The notes under the pieces: model-generated
The model's input: only the letters and a program-made list of their open reading frames with translations
What the model was told of the DNA's origin: nothing
The model's database searches: none
NCBI GenBank assembly: GCA_045600685.1
Contig: JAZRYH010000081.1
Location: forward strand, 4,365-68,364
Length of the DNA stretch: 64,000 nucleotides
Direction of reading: 5' to 3'
Source of the DNA: Alloprevotella sp.
Lineage (GTDB): Bacteria > Bacteroidota > Bacteroidia > Bacteroidales > Bacteroidaceae
Made by a program: the position numbers and the translations under genes
Shown here: positions 10,038-19,917 of the stretch, piece after piece
Layout of the letters: each line of letters opens with the position of its first letter
How positions within the stretch are numbered: position 1 is the first letter of the stretch

Positions 10038-10349
10038 AGCCTCACCCCGTCAAAGCTTCCTTCGGAACTTTGCCACCCCTCCCCTTTTAGGGAGGGGAAG
10101 ATACCTCTATAGGGTGGAAGCCTCACCCCGTCAAAGCTTCCTTCGGAACTTTGCCACCCCTCCCCGAATAGGGAGGGGAAGATACCTCTAAAGGTTGTGA
10201 GGGCTTGGGGTTATAGGGGTATGAGGTTATAGGGTTGTAGGGTTATGAGGTTATAGGGTTATGGGGTCTTGAACCTTTAGGAGTATATCCCCCTCCCTAT
10301 TCGGGGAGGGGTGGCGCGGTGCCGTAGGCAGCCGCGACGGGGTGAGGCT
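10038..10349. repeat. Three ~77-bp arms (two tandem, one inverted) with 8-mer spacer
   Basis: 10038-10115 and 10119-10195 direct, 10273-10349 inverted; GGGTTATA-like 8-mers between. Confidence 0.9.
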
Positions 10350-10773
10350 ATTTACATTTCGCACACAGCCCGCGCACCACATAGGCGGCGGAGTGCTGAT
10401 GGAAGCCCTCGGGCAGAGCGACGGCGGGCAAGGGGTCAGCCTTGAGGCACCACACCTTCTTGCAACGCTCACATTCGAAGTGCGGATGCAGGTCGGCAAG
10501 GCCGTCGTGTTGGTCGTGGCAGTGGCAGTCGGCGGCGCAGAGGGCGTAGCGCGTCAGGCCCTGGCTGTCCTCAATGCTGTGGAGCAGACCTTTCTCCCAA
10601 AGCAGCGTCAGCGTGCGGAACAAGGTGCTCTTATCCACCGTCCCCAGTTTCGCCTCCAACTCGGAGAGCGAATAGGCGCGGTCATCAGGCCCGAAAGTGC
10701 TCAAAACAAGCTGCCTAATGGCCGTGGGACGGATGCCGTGAGCCTCTAAACGGGCATCTACCTCTGATTTCAT
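10348..10773 (-). CDS. Fur-family transcriptional regulator
   Basis: IRPTAIR, STLFRTL, HPHFECERC and C-terminal CAKC. Confidence 0.85.
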   Translation of the reverse strand: MKSEVDARLEAHGIRPTAIRQLVLSTFGPDDRAYSLSELEAKLGTVDKSTLFRTLTLLWEKGLLHSIEDSQGLTRYALCAADCHCHDQHDGLADLHPHFECERCKKVWCLKADPLPAVALPEGFHQHSAAYVVRGLCAKCK

Positions 10774-10892
10774 GCTGCAAATATACGAATTATTCGGCAA
10801 TTATTTGTAACTTTAAACAAGGTTTTTAGTTACTTTCGCTCGGAAAAGCACAGAAAAACGCTGTTTCCCTGTGTTTTTCGCTCGCTTATTTG

Positions 10893-10900
10893 TAACTTTG
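10893..10900 (+). promoter_or_regulatory. Bacteroidetes -7 promoter element for the GH92 gene
   Basis: TAACTTTG (TAnnTTTG) 23 nt before the ATG. Confidence 0.7.
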
Positions 10901-10923
10901 CCACGAAAAACTTACTTAAGCCC

Positions 10924-13200
10924 ATGAAACACACGCTTATTTTACTTCTTTCTTGCTTCCTGGGTAGTGCTTCGGCCTATTCCTTCGACCCCACTACCCT
11001 CGTGAATCCCTTTATCGGTACGACGAACTTCGGCACGTGCAATCCCGGCGCCGTGGTGCCGCAGGGCATGATGTCCGCCACGCCTTTCAACGTGATGGGC
11101 AGCGACTTGAACCACTACGACAAGGACGCCCGCTGGTGGAGTACGCCTTACGACAACACTAATTCTTACTTCACTGGTTTCTCCCACGTGAACCTTTCCG
11201 GCGTGGGCTGTCCCGACCTCGCCTCGCTCCTCTTGATGCCCACCTCCGGCGCTCTCGACGTGGACTACCACAACTACGGCTCCACCTACACCGCCGAGGA
11301 GGCTCACCCAGGATACTACACCAACCGCCTCACCAAGTACGGCATCACCACCGAGGTGACCGCCACCGAGCGCACCTCCCGCGCACGCTTCACTTTCCCC
11401 TCCGGCACCGGCCACATCCTCCTCAATCTGGGCGAGGGCCTCACCAACGAGAGCGGTGCCTGGGTGCGCTACGTGAGCGACACCGAGATTGAAGGCCAGA
11501 AGATGCTCGGCAACTTCTGTTACAATTCCCCCCGCGCGTATTACCCTATTTATTATGTCGTGCGCGTGAGCCGCTCTCCCGTCTCCCGCGGTTTCTGGAA
11601 ACTCCAGCGCGACGCCTATGGCGTGGAGAAGGAGTGGAACCCCGAGGCCGGCCGCTACAAACTCTACGACGGCTACCGCCGCGACCTGGCCGGCGACGAT
11701 ATCGGTGCCTACTGGAACTATGACCTCCAGGCCGGCGAGCAGGTGGAGGTCAGCATAGGCGTGAGTTTCGTAAGTGTAGCCAACGCACGTCTCAATCTCG
11801 ATGCCGAACAACCCGCCTCCGCCACCTTCGATGCCCTCTGCTGTCAGGCTCACGACAAGTGGCAGAAAGCGCTCTCCACCATTGAGGTAGAAGGCGGCAC
11901 ACCCGACGAGCGCACCGTCTTCTACACCGCCCTCTACCACACGCTCATCCACCCCAACATCCTCAACGACGTAAACGGCGACTACCCGCTCATGGAATCC
12001 GAAGGCGCGGGCAACCTCTCCCAAAAGGCTAACGCATCTTCCCCCTTTAAGGGGGATAAGAGGGGGTCTCACTTCACCGTCTTCTCCCTCTGGGACACCT
12101 ACCGCTGCACACACCAGCTCTTCACCCTTCTCTGGCCCGACCGTCAGGAGCAGATGCTCCGCTCCATGCTCCGGATGTACCGCGAGAGCGGCTGGCTACC
12201 CAAATGGGAACTCTACGGCCGCGAGACCTTCACGATGGAGGGCGACCCCGCCATCCCCGTCTTCGTGGACTCTTGGCTGAAGGGTCTTCGCGGTTTCGAC
12301 ATCGAGGAGGCCTACGCCGCCATGCGCAAGGGTGCCGTCACGCCCGGCAAGGACAACCCCCTGCGCCCCGACAACGACGACTACGTGCGCCTGGGCTACT
12401 GCCCGCTCCTGGAGCAGTACGACAACAGCGTGAGCCACGCCCTCGAATACTACGTGGCCGACGCCGCCCTCGCCACCCTCGCCGACTCCCTCGGCAAGAA
12501 GGACGACGCGCGCCTCTTCCGCGCCCGTTCCCTCGGCTACAAGCACTACTACAGCCCCGAATACGGCACGCTCCGCCCGCTTCTGCCCGACGGCTCCTTC
12601 CTTTCGCCCTTCAATCCCCGCCAGGGCGAGAACTTCGAGCCCTCACCCGGCTTCCACGAAGGCAACGCCTGGAACTACACCTTCTACGTGCCGCACGACA
12701 TTCCCGGCCTCTGCCGCCTGATGGGCGGTAAGAAGAAGTTCGTGGACCGCCTTCAGAGCGTCTTCGACCAGGGCTTCTACGACCCCGCCAACGAGCCCGA
12801 CATAGCCTTCCCCTATCTCTTCTCGCGCTGGACGGACGAGGCCTGGCGCACCCAGAAACTCACGCGCCAACTCCTCCGCAAGCATTTCCGCAACACTCCC
12901 GACGGCATCCCCGGCAACGACGACACCGGCACGATGTCGGCCTGGGCCGTGTTCTCCATGCTCGGCCTCTACCCCGACTGCCCCGGCCAGCCCTTCTACA
13001 CCCTCACGGCACCCGTATTCGAGAAGGCCACGCTCCACATTCCCGGCGGCGACATCGTAATCTTCGCCCCCGGTGCCGCAAAGAGCGACCGCGTAGGCCG
13101 CGTCAGCCTCGGCGGGAAAGCGCTCAAGACCTACCGCATCTCCCACGCCGACCTCATGCACGAGCGCAACCTTCAATTCACCTTTGCCCCCGCGCAGTAA
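10924..13200 (+). CDS. GH92 alpha-mannosidase
   Basis: Signal peptide; VNPFIGT, FSLWDTYR, EGNAW, NEPD, GNDDTGTMSAW. Confidence 0.93.
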   Translation: MKHTLILLLSCFLGSASAYSFDPTTLVNPFIGTTNFGTCNPGAVVPQGMMSATPFNVMGSDLNHYDKDARWWSTPYDNTNSYFTGFSHVNLSGVGCPDLASLLLMPTSGALDVDYHNYGSTYTAEEAHPGYYTNRLTKYGITTEVTATERTSRARFTFPSGTGHILLNLGEGLTNESGAWVRYVSDTEIEGQKMLGNFCYNSPRAYYPIYYVVRVSRSPVSRGFWKLQRDAYGVEKEWNPEAGRYKLYDGYRRDLAGDDIGAYWNYDLQAGEQVEVSIGVSFVSVANARLNLDAEQPASATFDALCCQAHDKWQKALSTIEVEGGTPDERTVFYTALYHTLIHPNILNDVNGDYPLMESEGAGNLSQKANASSPFKGDKRGSHFTVFSLWDTYRCTHQLFTLLWPDRQEQMLRSMLRMYRESGWLPKWELYGRETFTMEGDPAIPVFVDSWLKGLRGFDIEEAYAAMRKGAVTPGKDNPLRPDNDDYVRLGYCPLLEQYDNSVSHALEYYVADAALATLADSLGKKDDARLFRARSLGYKHYYSPEYGTLRPLLPDGSFLSPFNPRQGENFEPSPGFHEGNAWNYTFYVPHDIPGLCRLMGGKKKFVDRLQSVFDQGFYDPANEPDIAFPYLFSRWTDEAWRTQKLTRQLLRKHFRNTPDGIPGNDDTGTMSAWAVFSMLGLYPDCPGQPFYTLTAPVFEKATLHIPGGDIVIFAPGAAKSDRVGRVSLGGKALKTYRISHADLMHERNLQFTFAPAQ

Positions 13201-13281
13201 GGCGCACGATTCTTGGACTGTTTTCCCGCGCTCTACGCCTACGTCGAAAAACCCTTGCTCTGAGCACTGTTTCCCATTTCC

Positions 13282-13375
13282 TTGTCTCGTGACTGCTGTC
13301 ACGAGAACGCGTGACTACTGTCACGGAAACGCGCGACTGCAGTCACGAGAACGCGCGACTGCAGTCACGAGACAA
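13282..13375. repeat. Four 22-bp palindromic tandem units
   Basis: CGTGACTGCTGTCACGAGAACG-like units at 13288, 13310, 13332 and 13354. Confidence 0.9.
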
Positions 13376-13460
13376 CTGAAAGGGCTAAAGAAACGACTCT
13401 TCCTCCATAAGCATTACCCGCAAGAGAGACAGCGTTCTGTAAATCCATCAACCTTCCACC

Positions 13461-15452
13461 ATGTCCGCACCTCATACCCCACCCTCCTCCCAGAATCTTC
13501 CTCTCCCCGACAGGGGAGGCGCGGCTTCGGCGTCTGTCAGCAACGGGAAGAGGCATGAACTGAATCTTTCCGCCCAACTCTCTCTCCTCCGCCTGGAATA
13601 CGAGCACGAGAAGGCCGAGTTCCGTCGCGCCACCGAGCTGCAGGGCATCGCCCGCAAGGTGAAGCGCGGCGAGGCGTGGCATCCCGTGGCCGTGGGCCGG
13701 TCGTACTACAACTCGCTGGACCGCCTCGTGGTGGAAATCCTGCGCACGGAGGACACGGAGGACGAGCACTGCTTCGAATACGGCCGCCAGGTGTGCTTCT
13801 TTCAGGAGGATATGAGCGGCGGACTGCACTACCTCAACTTCGTGGGCACCGTGAGTTACGTAGAGGCCGACGCGCGCCTCGCCGGCGGGGCCCGTATGGT
13901 GGTGCAGCTGCCCAATGAAAAGGCTCTGGCCGAACTGCAGGCCCTGGAGCGCCCCGGCGTGCAACTGCATTTCGACGAGACCACCTACCAACTGATGTTT
14001 GAGGCCCTCAGCAAGGTCATCGCCACGAAGGACGGACGCCTGGCCGAACTTCGTGACATCTTTCACGGCGGGCAGCCCGTCCGGTGGGCCTCCGCGCCCG
14101 CCCTGCCCGTATCGCTGCCGTGGCTGAACGCCTCGCAGCAGGAAGCCGTGAGGCAGGTGCTACGGGCAAAGGACGTGATGGTGGTGCACGGCCCTCCGGG
14201 CACGGGCAAGACCACCACGCTGGTGGAGGCCATCGACGAGGTGCTGCGCCGCGAAGTGCAGGTCATGGTGTGCGCCCAGAGCAATACGGCCGTTGACTGG
14301 ATCAGTCAGCAACTGGCCGACCGCGGCATACAGGTGCTGCGCGTGGGGAACCCCACCCGCGTGACCGACGAGATGCTTGCCAACACCTACGAACGGCGCT
14401 TTGAGGCCCACCCCGACTACCCGCAGCTCTGGCAGATACGCCGCACGCTGCGCCAACTGCGCTCGCAGCCCCGCAAGGGACGCACGGAGGGATACCATCA
14501 GAAGGTGGCACGCCTCAGGGAGCGGGCCGACGAACTGGAACTGCGCATCCGCACGGCGCTTTTCGACGGCTGTCGCGTGGTGGCCTGCACGCTGGCCGGA
14601 AGCGCCAACCCCGTGCTTATGGGGCAGCGCTTCCACACCTTATTCATTGACGAGGCTGCACAGGCCCTGGAGGCCGCCTGCTGGATAGCCCTCCAAAAGG
14701 CCGACCGCGTCATCCTGGCCGGCGACCATCAGCAGTTGCCGCCCACCATCAAGTGCTACGAAGCCATGCGCCAGGGCCTGGGCCGAACACTGATGGAACA
14801 GATCGTGGCGCGCCACCCCGAGGCCGTCATGATGCTCAACGTGCAATACCGAATGAACGAGACGCTGATGCGCTTCTCCTCGGAGTGGTTCTACGACGGG
14901 CGCCTGACGGCCGCCGAGGAGGTGCGCCACCGCTCACTGCTCTCGCTGATGGACGAGCCCCTGGTGTGGCTGGACTGCGCCGCCGAGGAGGAATTCGTAG
15001 GCACCAACTTCGGGCGCGTAAACCGCCAGGAGGCCGCACTCACGCTGCAAGCCCTGCGCGACTACTGCCAGCGGCTCGGCATGGAGCGGATAAGGAATGA
15101 ACGCGTGGACTTCGGAATAATATCGCCCTACCGCGCACAGGTGCAACTGCTGCGCCACGTCATCAAGCACGACGAAGTGCTACGCCCCATCCGCAAGAGC
15201 ATCACCGTGAACACCGTGGATGCCTTCCAGGGTCAGGAGCGCGACGTGGTGTGCGTGAGTCTGGTGCGCGCCAACGACAGCGGACAGATAGGTTTCCTGT
15301 CCGACTTGCGCCGCATGAACGTGGCGATGACACGTGCACGGATGAAACTCATCCTCGTCGGCGACTCCGCCACACTCACCCGCCACCGCTTCTACAAAGC
15401 CCTCTATGAGCGCTGCTACAAGCCTGAAACGGAGAAAAAGGAGGGGGAATAG
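13461..15452 (+). CDS. SF1 helicase (Upf1/IGHMBP2-like)
   Basis: GPPGTGKT, IDEAAQ, GDHQQLPP, QYRM, VDAFQGQE, NVAMTRAR. Confidence 0.92.
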   Translation: MSAPHTPPSSQNLPLPDRGGAASASVSNGKRHELNLSAQLSLLRLEYEHEKAEFRRATELQGIARKVKRGEAWHPVAVGRSYYNSLDRLVVEILRTEDTEDEHCFEYGRQVCFFQEDMSGGLHYLNFVGTVSYVEADARLAGGARMVVQLPNEKALAELQALERPGVQLHFDETTYQLMFEALSKVIATKDGRLAELRDIFHGGQPVRWASAPALPVSLPWLNASQQEAVRQVLRAKDVMVVHGPPGTGKTTTLVEAIDEVLRREVQVMVCAQSNTAVDWISQQLADRGIQVLRVGNPTRVTDEMLANTYERRFEAHPDYPQLWQIRRTLRQLRSQPRKGRTEGYHQKVARLRERADELELRIRTALFDGCRVVACTLAGSANPVLMGQRFHTLFIDEAAQALEAACWIALQKADRVILAGDHQQLPPTIKCYEAMRQGLGRTLMEQIVARHPEAVMMLNVQYRMNETLMRFSSEWFYDGRLTAAEEVRHRSLLSLMDEPLVWLDCAAEEEFVGTNFGRVNRQEAALTLQALRDYCQRLGMERIRNERVDFGIISPYRAQVQLLRHVIKHDEVLRPIRKSITVNTVDAFQGQERDVVCVSLVRANDSGQIGFLSDLRRMNVAMTRARMKLILVGDSATLTRHRFYKALYERCYKPETEKKEGE

Positions 15453-15535
15453 AATAGAAAAATGCCTTTTTCCTTTGCCTCTCGCGCCTTTTTTCGTAAC
15501 TTTGTACCCGAATATTTCATAATACTCCAAATATA

Positions 15536-16096
15536 ATGAAAAAGCATTTCCTGAAAGCCCTGGCTATCGTCATGCTGGGCGCATCTTCTTTCACACTGAC
15601 GAGTTGCGATGAGGACACCCTCGGTTCCCTTATCGACGTCATCACCAACCTTATCGGTCAGCAAGGTGAGACCTACACCTATGAGACCAAAGGCACCGTG
15701 CAATGGGGCGCTTTGGCCTCCACGGGCGGCTACAAATGGGAAACTACCGGCCGCCAGCTGACGGCTACCATCCCCGTGACGGTGAACGGCCAGACGGCCA
15801 ACATCACTATTCCCGGCTTCTCCACCGAAGGCGTGGTCATGACCGACGTCTCGCTCTATTATCTCCCCATGACCAACACGGGTTCCTACACTACCCTCGA
15901 CCTTGGCGACAACTCCACCATCGACGGCAGTATCACCGTGGGCAACACCCAGCTGGCCGCCTCCAACGTTTACATGTACAACATCCGCCTTACCAGCGAG
16001 GAGATGATGATTGGCACCCTCGACCTCTACTTCGGCGATAATCTGGATTACTGCGTACACCTGACCAACGTGTCGGGCAGTATCGTTACTGAATAA
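15536..16096 (+). CDS. Lipoprotein, paralog 1
   Basis: Lipobox LTSC; shares motifs with the next two ORFs. Confidence 0.8.
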   Translation: MKKHFLKALAIVMLGASSFTLTSCDEDTLGSLIDVITNLIGQQGETYTYETKGTVQWGALASTGGYKWETTGRQLTATIPVTVNGQTANITIPGFSTEGVVMTDVSLYYLPMTNTGSYTTLDLGDNSTIDGSITVGNTQLAASNVYMYNIRLTSEEMMIGTLDLYFGDNLDYCVHLTNVSGSIVTE

Positions 16097-16108
16097 GTGC
16101 TGAAAACT

Positions 16109-16678
16109 ATGAAAAAGACCCTTTACCTCGCACTTATTGCCATCCTCGCCGGCTTCGGTATGGCTTCATTCTATTCCTGCGATGACCCCGCAGAAGAAGA
16201 CCCGGGTGCCGGCGGAAGCATATATGGGAAATACGGCAGTTATACCTACAGCCTGCAAGGCGGAACTCTTACGGTGGGCTTCGTAGGAGGCTCTGACAAC
16301 TACTTCAATACGGAAGACGGAGTTAAACGTGCCAAGTTGCCTAACATTATTGTAGAAGCCCGCGGCGACATGGCCGATGTCATCATCGAAGGATTTGTTT
16401 CCGACAACGAAGAGCACGTCATGACCAACCTCACGCTGGCAGATATGAAGCTTGATGCGGCAGGCGTCATCACCTTTATCCCCGGCCTTTCCACAATAAC
16501 CGGAAGCTACACGGCCTATGGCAAGGAAATGGCCGCCGACCGTGTGAAACTGAACGGTCTTAAGGTTTCCAGCAACCGCATTGCCATCTCTGAGATGCGC
16601 ATATTCTTCGGTGAAGGAGGCGCAGACTGCGTACGCTTTATGGACATACAGGGTGCTACCAGAAGCAGCAACCTATAA
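16109..16678 (+). CDS. Lipoprotein, paralog 2
   Basis: Lipobox FYSC; NRIAISEMRIFFG...DCVR. Confidence 0.8.
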   Translation: MKKTLYLALIAILAGFGMASFYSCDDPAEEDPGAGGSIYGKYGSYTYSLQGGTLTVGFVGGSDNYFNTEDGVKRAKLPNIIVEARGDMADVIIEGFVSDNEEHVMTNLTLADMKLDAAGVITFIPGLSTITGSYTAYGKEMAADRVKLNGLKVSSNRIAISEMRIFFGEGGADCVRFMDIQGATRSSNL

Positions 16679-16693
16679 CAATAAGATATCAGC

Positions 16694-17251
16694 ATGAAAC
16701 GACTGAACAGCCACGCCTTGTCTCTCCTTATGCTGCTCCTCGCAAGCTTCGGGTGCCTCACCCTCTGCGGCTGCAAGGAAGACAACATAGAAGACCGCGG
16801 GATATACGGAGTGACGGGCAACTTCGTCTATCGGGCCAAAGGCAGTTTGCAAGTAGGATTCGTTGACGGCTCAGCGTATTTCAACGAAGTTTATAAGCTG
16901 CCCGAAGTCCCCAACTTTATCGTCACGGCGCGAAGCGACAAGGCCGACCTCTTCATTGAAGGTTTCTCCACGGTGGACGGCTCGCGGCAGATGAGCAACG
17001 TCACTCTGGCCGACCTCCGCATGGCCCCCTCCGACGAGGGCACATACCTCGAAGAAATAAGAGGATACACCACCGCGGCCGGCAGCCTCACCATCAACGG
17101 CGAAGGCTTCCCTATCAGACAAATAAAACTGGGCGACGTCAAAGTCACCACCAACCGTATCGCCATCTCCGAAATGCGCCTCTTCTTCGGACTGAGCGGC
17201 ACCGACTGCGTACGTCTGACCAACATCACAGGCGTTGTGGTGAGAAACTGA
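16694..17251 (+). CDS. Lipoprotein, paralog 3
   Basis: Lipobox LCGC; NRIAISEMRLFFG...DCVR. Confidence 0.8.
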   Translation: MKRLNSHALSLLMLLLASFGCLTLCGCKEDNIEDRGIYGVTGNFVYRAKGSLQVGFVDGSAYFNEVYKLPEVPNFIVTARSDKADLFIEGFSTVDGSRQMSNVTLADLRMAPSDEGTYLEEIRGYTTAAGSLTINGEGFPIRQIKLGDVKVTTNRIAISEMRLFFGLSGTDCVRLTNITGVVVRN

Positions 17252-17348
17252 CAACCTCGCGGCATGCACACGGCTCTAACCACCAGCCACTGCATGCCGC
17301 TCACGTTATCCACGCGACATCCTTACTAATACACAAAGTCCATCCACC

Positions 17349-18311
17349 ATGAAAAACTGGATACTCGTATTTGTCGGCACCGCCATCATGTGTGCCGGAT
17401 TCGTATTCTTCATTAACCCCTACAACATCGTACCGGGCGGCACCTACGGCTGCAGCATCGTGCTCCACTCGCTGTTTCCCTCCGTGCAGGTAGGCACCTT
17501 CGGCTATTTCTTCGACATCCCCCTGCTCATCCTCTCCGCCGTGCTACTGGGCAAGAAGATTGGTGCCAAGACCCTCGCCAGCGTGCTCTCCACACCGCTG
17601 ATAATGAACGTCTTCTCCTGGCTCATCTACCCCTCGCCCGAGGCTCTGCAAGCCCTCGACCCCGCACAAATGATAGGCGGCAACCTCGACCTCACGTCGC
17701 ATCTCATCCTCGCCGTGATAATGGGCAGCGTGCTCATCGGCATCGGCTGCGGCATCGTCGTGAAGGCCGGTGCCACCAGCGGCGGCAGCGACATAGTGGC
17801 CATGATAATGCAGAAGTTCGCCCACATACGCTTCTCACGCAGCCTCATCATCGTGGACGGTGCCATCGTCATCTGCGCCCTCGGCGTCTTCATGGCACAA
17901 GCACTCGGCGTGCTCCCCAGCAGCGGCGACAAAGCCACAAGCCCCACCACGTTGATGCTCTATTCGCTCATCAGTATCTACATCATTGCCGTCGTCGTGG
18001 CCCGCACCATCAGCGGCTCAAAGGACGACAAGATGATGTTCGTCATCAGCGACAAGGACCTCACCGCCCTCCACGACTTCATCCTCGGTCCCCTCGACCG
18101 CACCGCCACCATCCTTCCCGCCACCGGCCTCTACAGCGGCAACGACAAGGAAATGCTCTGCATCGTCGTGCCCTACAAGCAAGTGGACGTCGTCAAGCGC
18201 AAGGTGCGCGAGACCGACGAGACCGCGTTCGTCATCGTCACCGACGCCTACGACACCTACGGCGAGGGCTGGAAGTCCCTGCCGAAGGAAGACGAGATTG
18301 AGGCGGAATAA
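17349..18311 (+). CDS. YitT-family membrane protein
   Basis: IVPGG, GATSGGSDIVA and C-terminal AFV...GEGW. Confidence 0.85.
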   Translation: MKNWILVFVGTAIMCAGFVFFINPYNIVPGGTYGCSIVLHSLFPSVQVGTFGYFFDIPLLILSAVLLGKKIGAKTLASVLSTPLIMNVFSWLIYPSPEALQALDPAQMIGGNLDLTSHLILAVIMGSVLIGIGCGIVVKAGATSGGSDIVAMIMQKFAHIRFSRSLIIVDGAIVICALGVFMAQALGVLPSSGDKATSPTTLMLYSLISIYIIAVVVARTISGSKDDKMMFVISDKDLTALHDFILGPLDRTATILPATGLYSGNDKEMLCIVVPYKQVDVVKRKVRETDETAFVIVTDAYDTYGEGWKSLPKEDEIEAE

Positions 18312-18449
18312 GACCCACAGACACCCAACAGCCCCCCCCCAGCCCCTCCCTAAATGGAGGGGAGTGGAATGGGGGAGCACTTTGCCCGAAAATCCGAAAT
18401 ATCGAAAACTCGAAATATCGAAATCCCGAAAACTCAATAACTCCAAAAT

Positions 18450-19679
18450 ATGTCACAGGAAGAAAACAGACAAACAGAAGTATCTACTCCCCGCCCTTTA
18501 GGGAGGGGTAAGGGGGAGGGTCTTTATTCTCTCCGCGGCGTATCCGCTATGAAAGAAGACGTGCACGCCGCCATCAAGAACATTGACAAGGGCCTCTTCC
18601 CCCAGGCCTTCTGCAAGATAATCCCCGACATCCTCGGCGGCGACCCCGACTACTGCAACATCATGCACGCCGACGGCGCCGGCACCAAGTCATCCCTCGC
18701 CTACGCCTATTGGCGCGAGACGGGCGACATCTCCGTGTGGAAAGGCATCGCACAGGATGCCCTCATCATGAACACCGACGACCTCCTCTGCGTAGGCGCC
18801 GTCGATAACATCCTCGTATCCTCCACCATCGGCCGCAACAAGATGCTTATCCCCGGCGAAGTCATCAGCGCCATCATCAACGGCACCGACGAACTCCTCG
18901 CCTGGATGCGCGAGATGGGCATCGGCATCCATGCCACCGGCGGTGAGACGGCCGACGTGGGCGACCTCGTGCACACCATCATCGTCGATAGCACCGTCAC
19001 CTGCCGCATGCGCCGCGCCGACGTCATCGACAACGCCAACATCCGTCCCGGCGACGTCATCGTGGGCCTCGCCTCCTTCGGCCAGGCCTCCTACGAGAGC
19101 GCCTACAACGGCGGCATGGGCTCCAACGGCCTCACCTCCGCCCGCCACGACGTGTTCGCCAAGTACCTCGCCGAGCGCTACCCCGAGACCTACGACCACG
19201 CTGTGCCCCAGGAACTCGTGTACAGCGGCCGCTGCCATCTCACCGACGCCGTGCCCGACGCCCCCGTCGATGCCGGCCACCTCGTCCTCTCCCCCACCCG
19301 CACCTACGCGCCCTTCGTGCGCCGTATGCTCGACCTCGTGCCCCGCTCGGAGATTCACGGCATGGTGCACTGCACCGGCGGCGCACAGACCAAGGTGCTC
19401 CATTTCGTAGGCCCCAACTGTCGTGTCATCAAGGACAACATGTTCCCCCTGCCGCCCCTCTTCCGCCTCATCCATGAGGAGAGCCACACCGACTGGAGCG
19501 AGATGTACAAAGTCTTCAACATGGGCCACCGCCTTGAAGTCTATGTCCGCCCCGAACTGGCCGAGCAAATCATCCAGATAGCCCAGTCCTTCAACATTGC
19601 CGCCCAAGTAGTGGGCCACATAGAGAAAGGCCCCCGCAGCCTTACCATCAAGAGCGAGTTCGGCGAGTTCAACTATTAA
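18450..19679 (+). CDS. purM: AIR synthase (Bacteroidetes type)
   Basis: HADGAGTK, GGETADV, HCTGGAQTK, VFNMGHR. Confidence 0.92.
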   Translation: MSQEENRQTEVSTPRPLGRGKGEGLYSLRGVSAMKEDVHAAIKNIDKGLFPQAFCKIIPDILGGDPDYCNIMHADGAGTKSSLAYAYWRETGDISVWKGIAQDALIMNTDDLLCVGAVDNILVSSTIGRNKMLIPGEVISAIINGTDELLAWMREMGIGIHATGGETADVGDLVHTIIVDSTVTCRMRRADVIDNANIRPGDVIVGLASFGQASYESAYNGGMGSNGLTSARHDVFAKYLAERYPETYDHAVPQELVYSGRCHLTDAVPDAPVDAGHLVLSPTRTYAPFVRRMLDLVPRSEIHGMVHCTGGAQTKVLHFVGPNCRVIKDNMFPLPPLFRLIHEESHTDWSEMYKVFNMGHRLEVYVRPELAEQIIQIAQSFNIAAQVVGHIEKGPRSLTIKSEFGEFNY

Positions 19680-19701
19680 GCATCCCCCTCTTATAAAGAA
19701 A

Positions 19702-19743
19702 GAGCGGGCACTCCTGACCATCAGGAGTGCCCGCTCTTTTTTC
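19702..19743 (+). terminator. Intrinsic terminator after purM
   Basis: GAGCGGGCACTCCTGA/TCAGGAGTGCCCGCTC stem plus T run. Confidence 0.85.
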
Positions 19744-19917
19744 ATCGTTCCCAAGCCGTAGGTATTTACTACGTTCCCAGCTGATTATACCGCATTGAAA
19801 CCAAACCGTCCCCGTTCCCGACCTTTTTTCACATATGTGAAAACGAAACGGAAAGGGGACTTAGAAAAAATAGCGCACGCAAGGCATAAATATAAACCTA
19901 CGTGCGCGTATAATAAA

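Noticed and set aside
10028-10126. 33-aa N-terminal extension of RecR
   Set aside because: Derived from a repeat arm; an ATG at 10027 gives a normal-length RecR
13282-13375. CRISPR array
   Set aside because: Head-to-tail 22-bp units with no spacers
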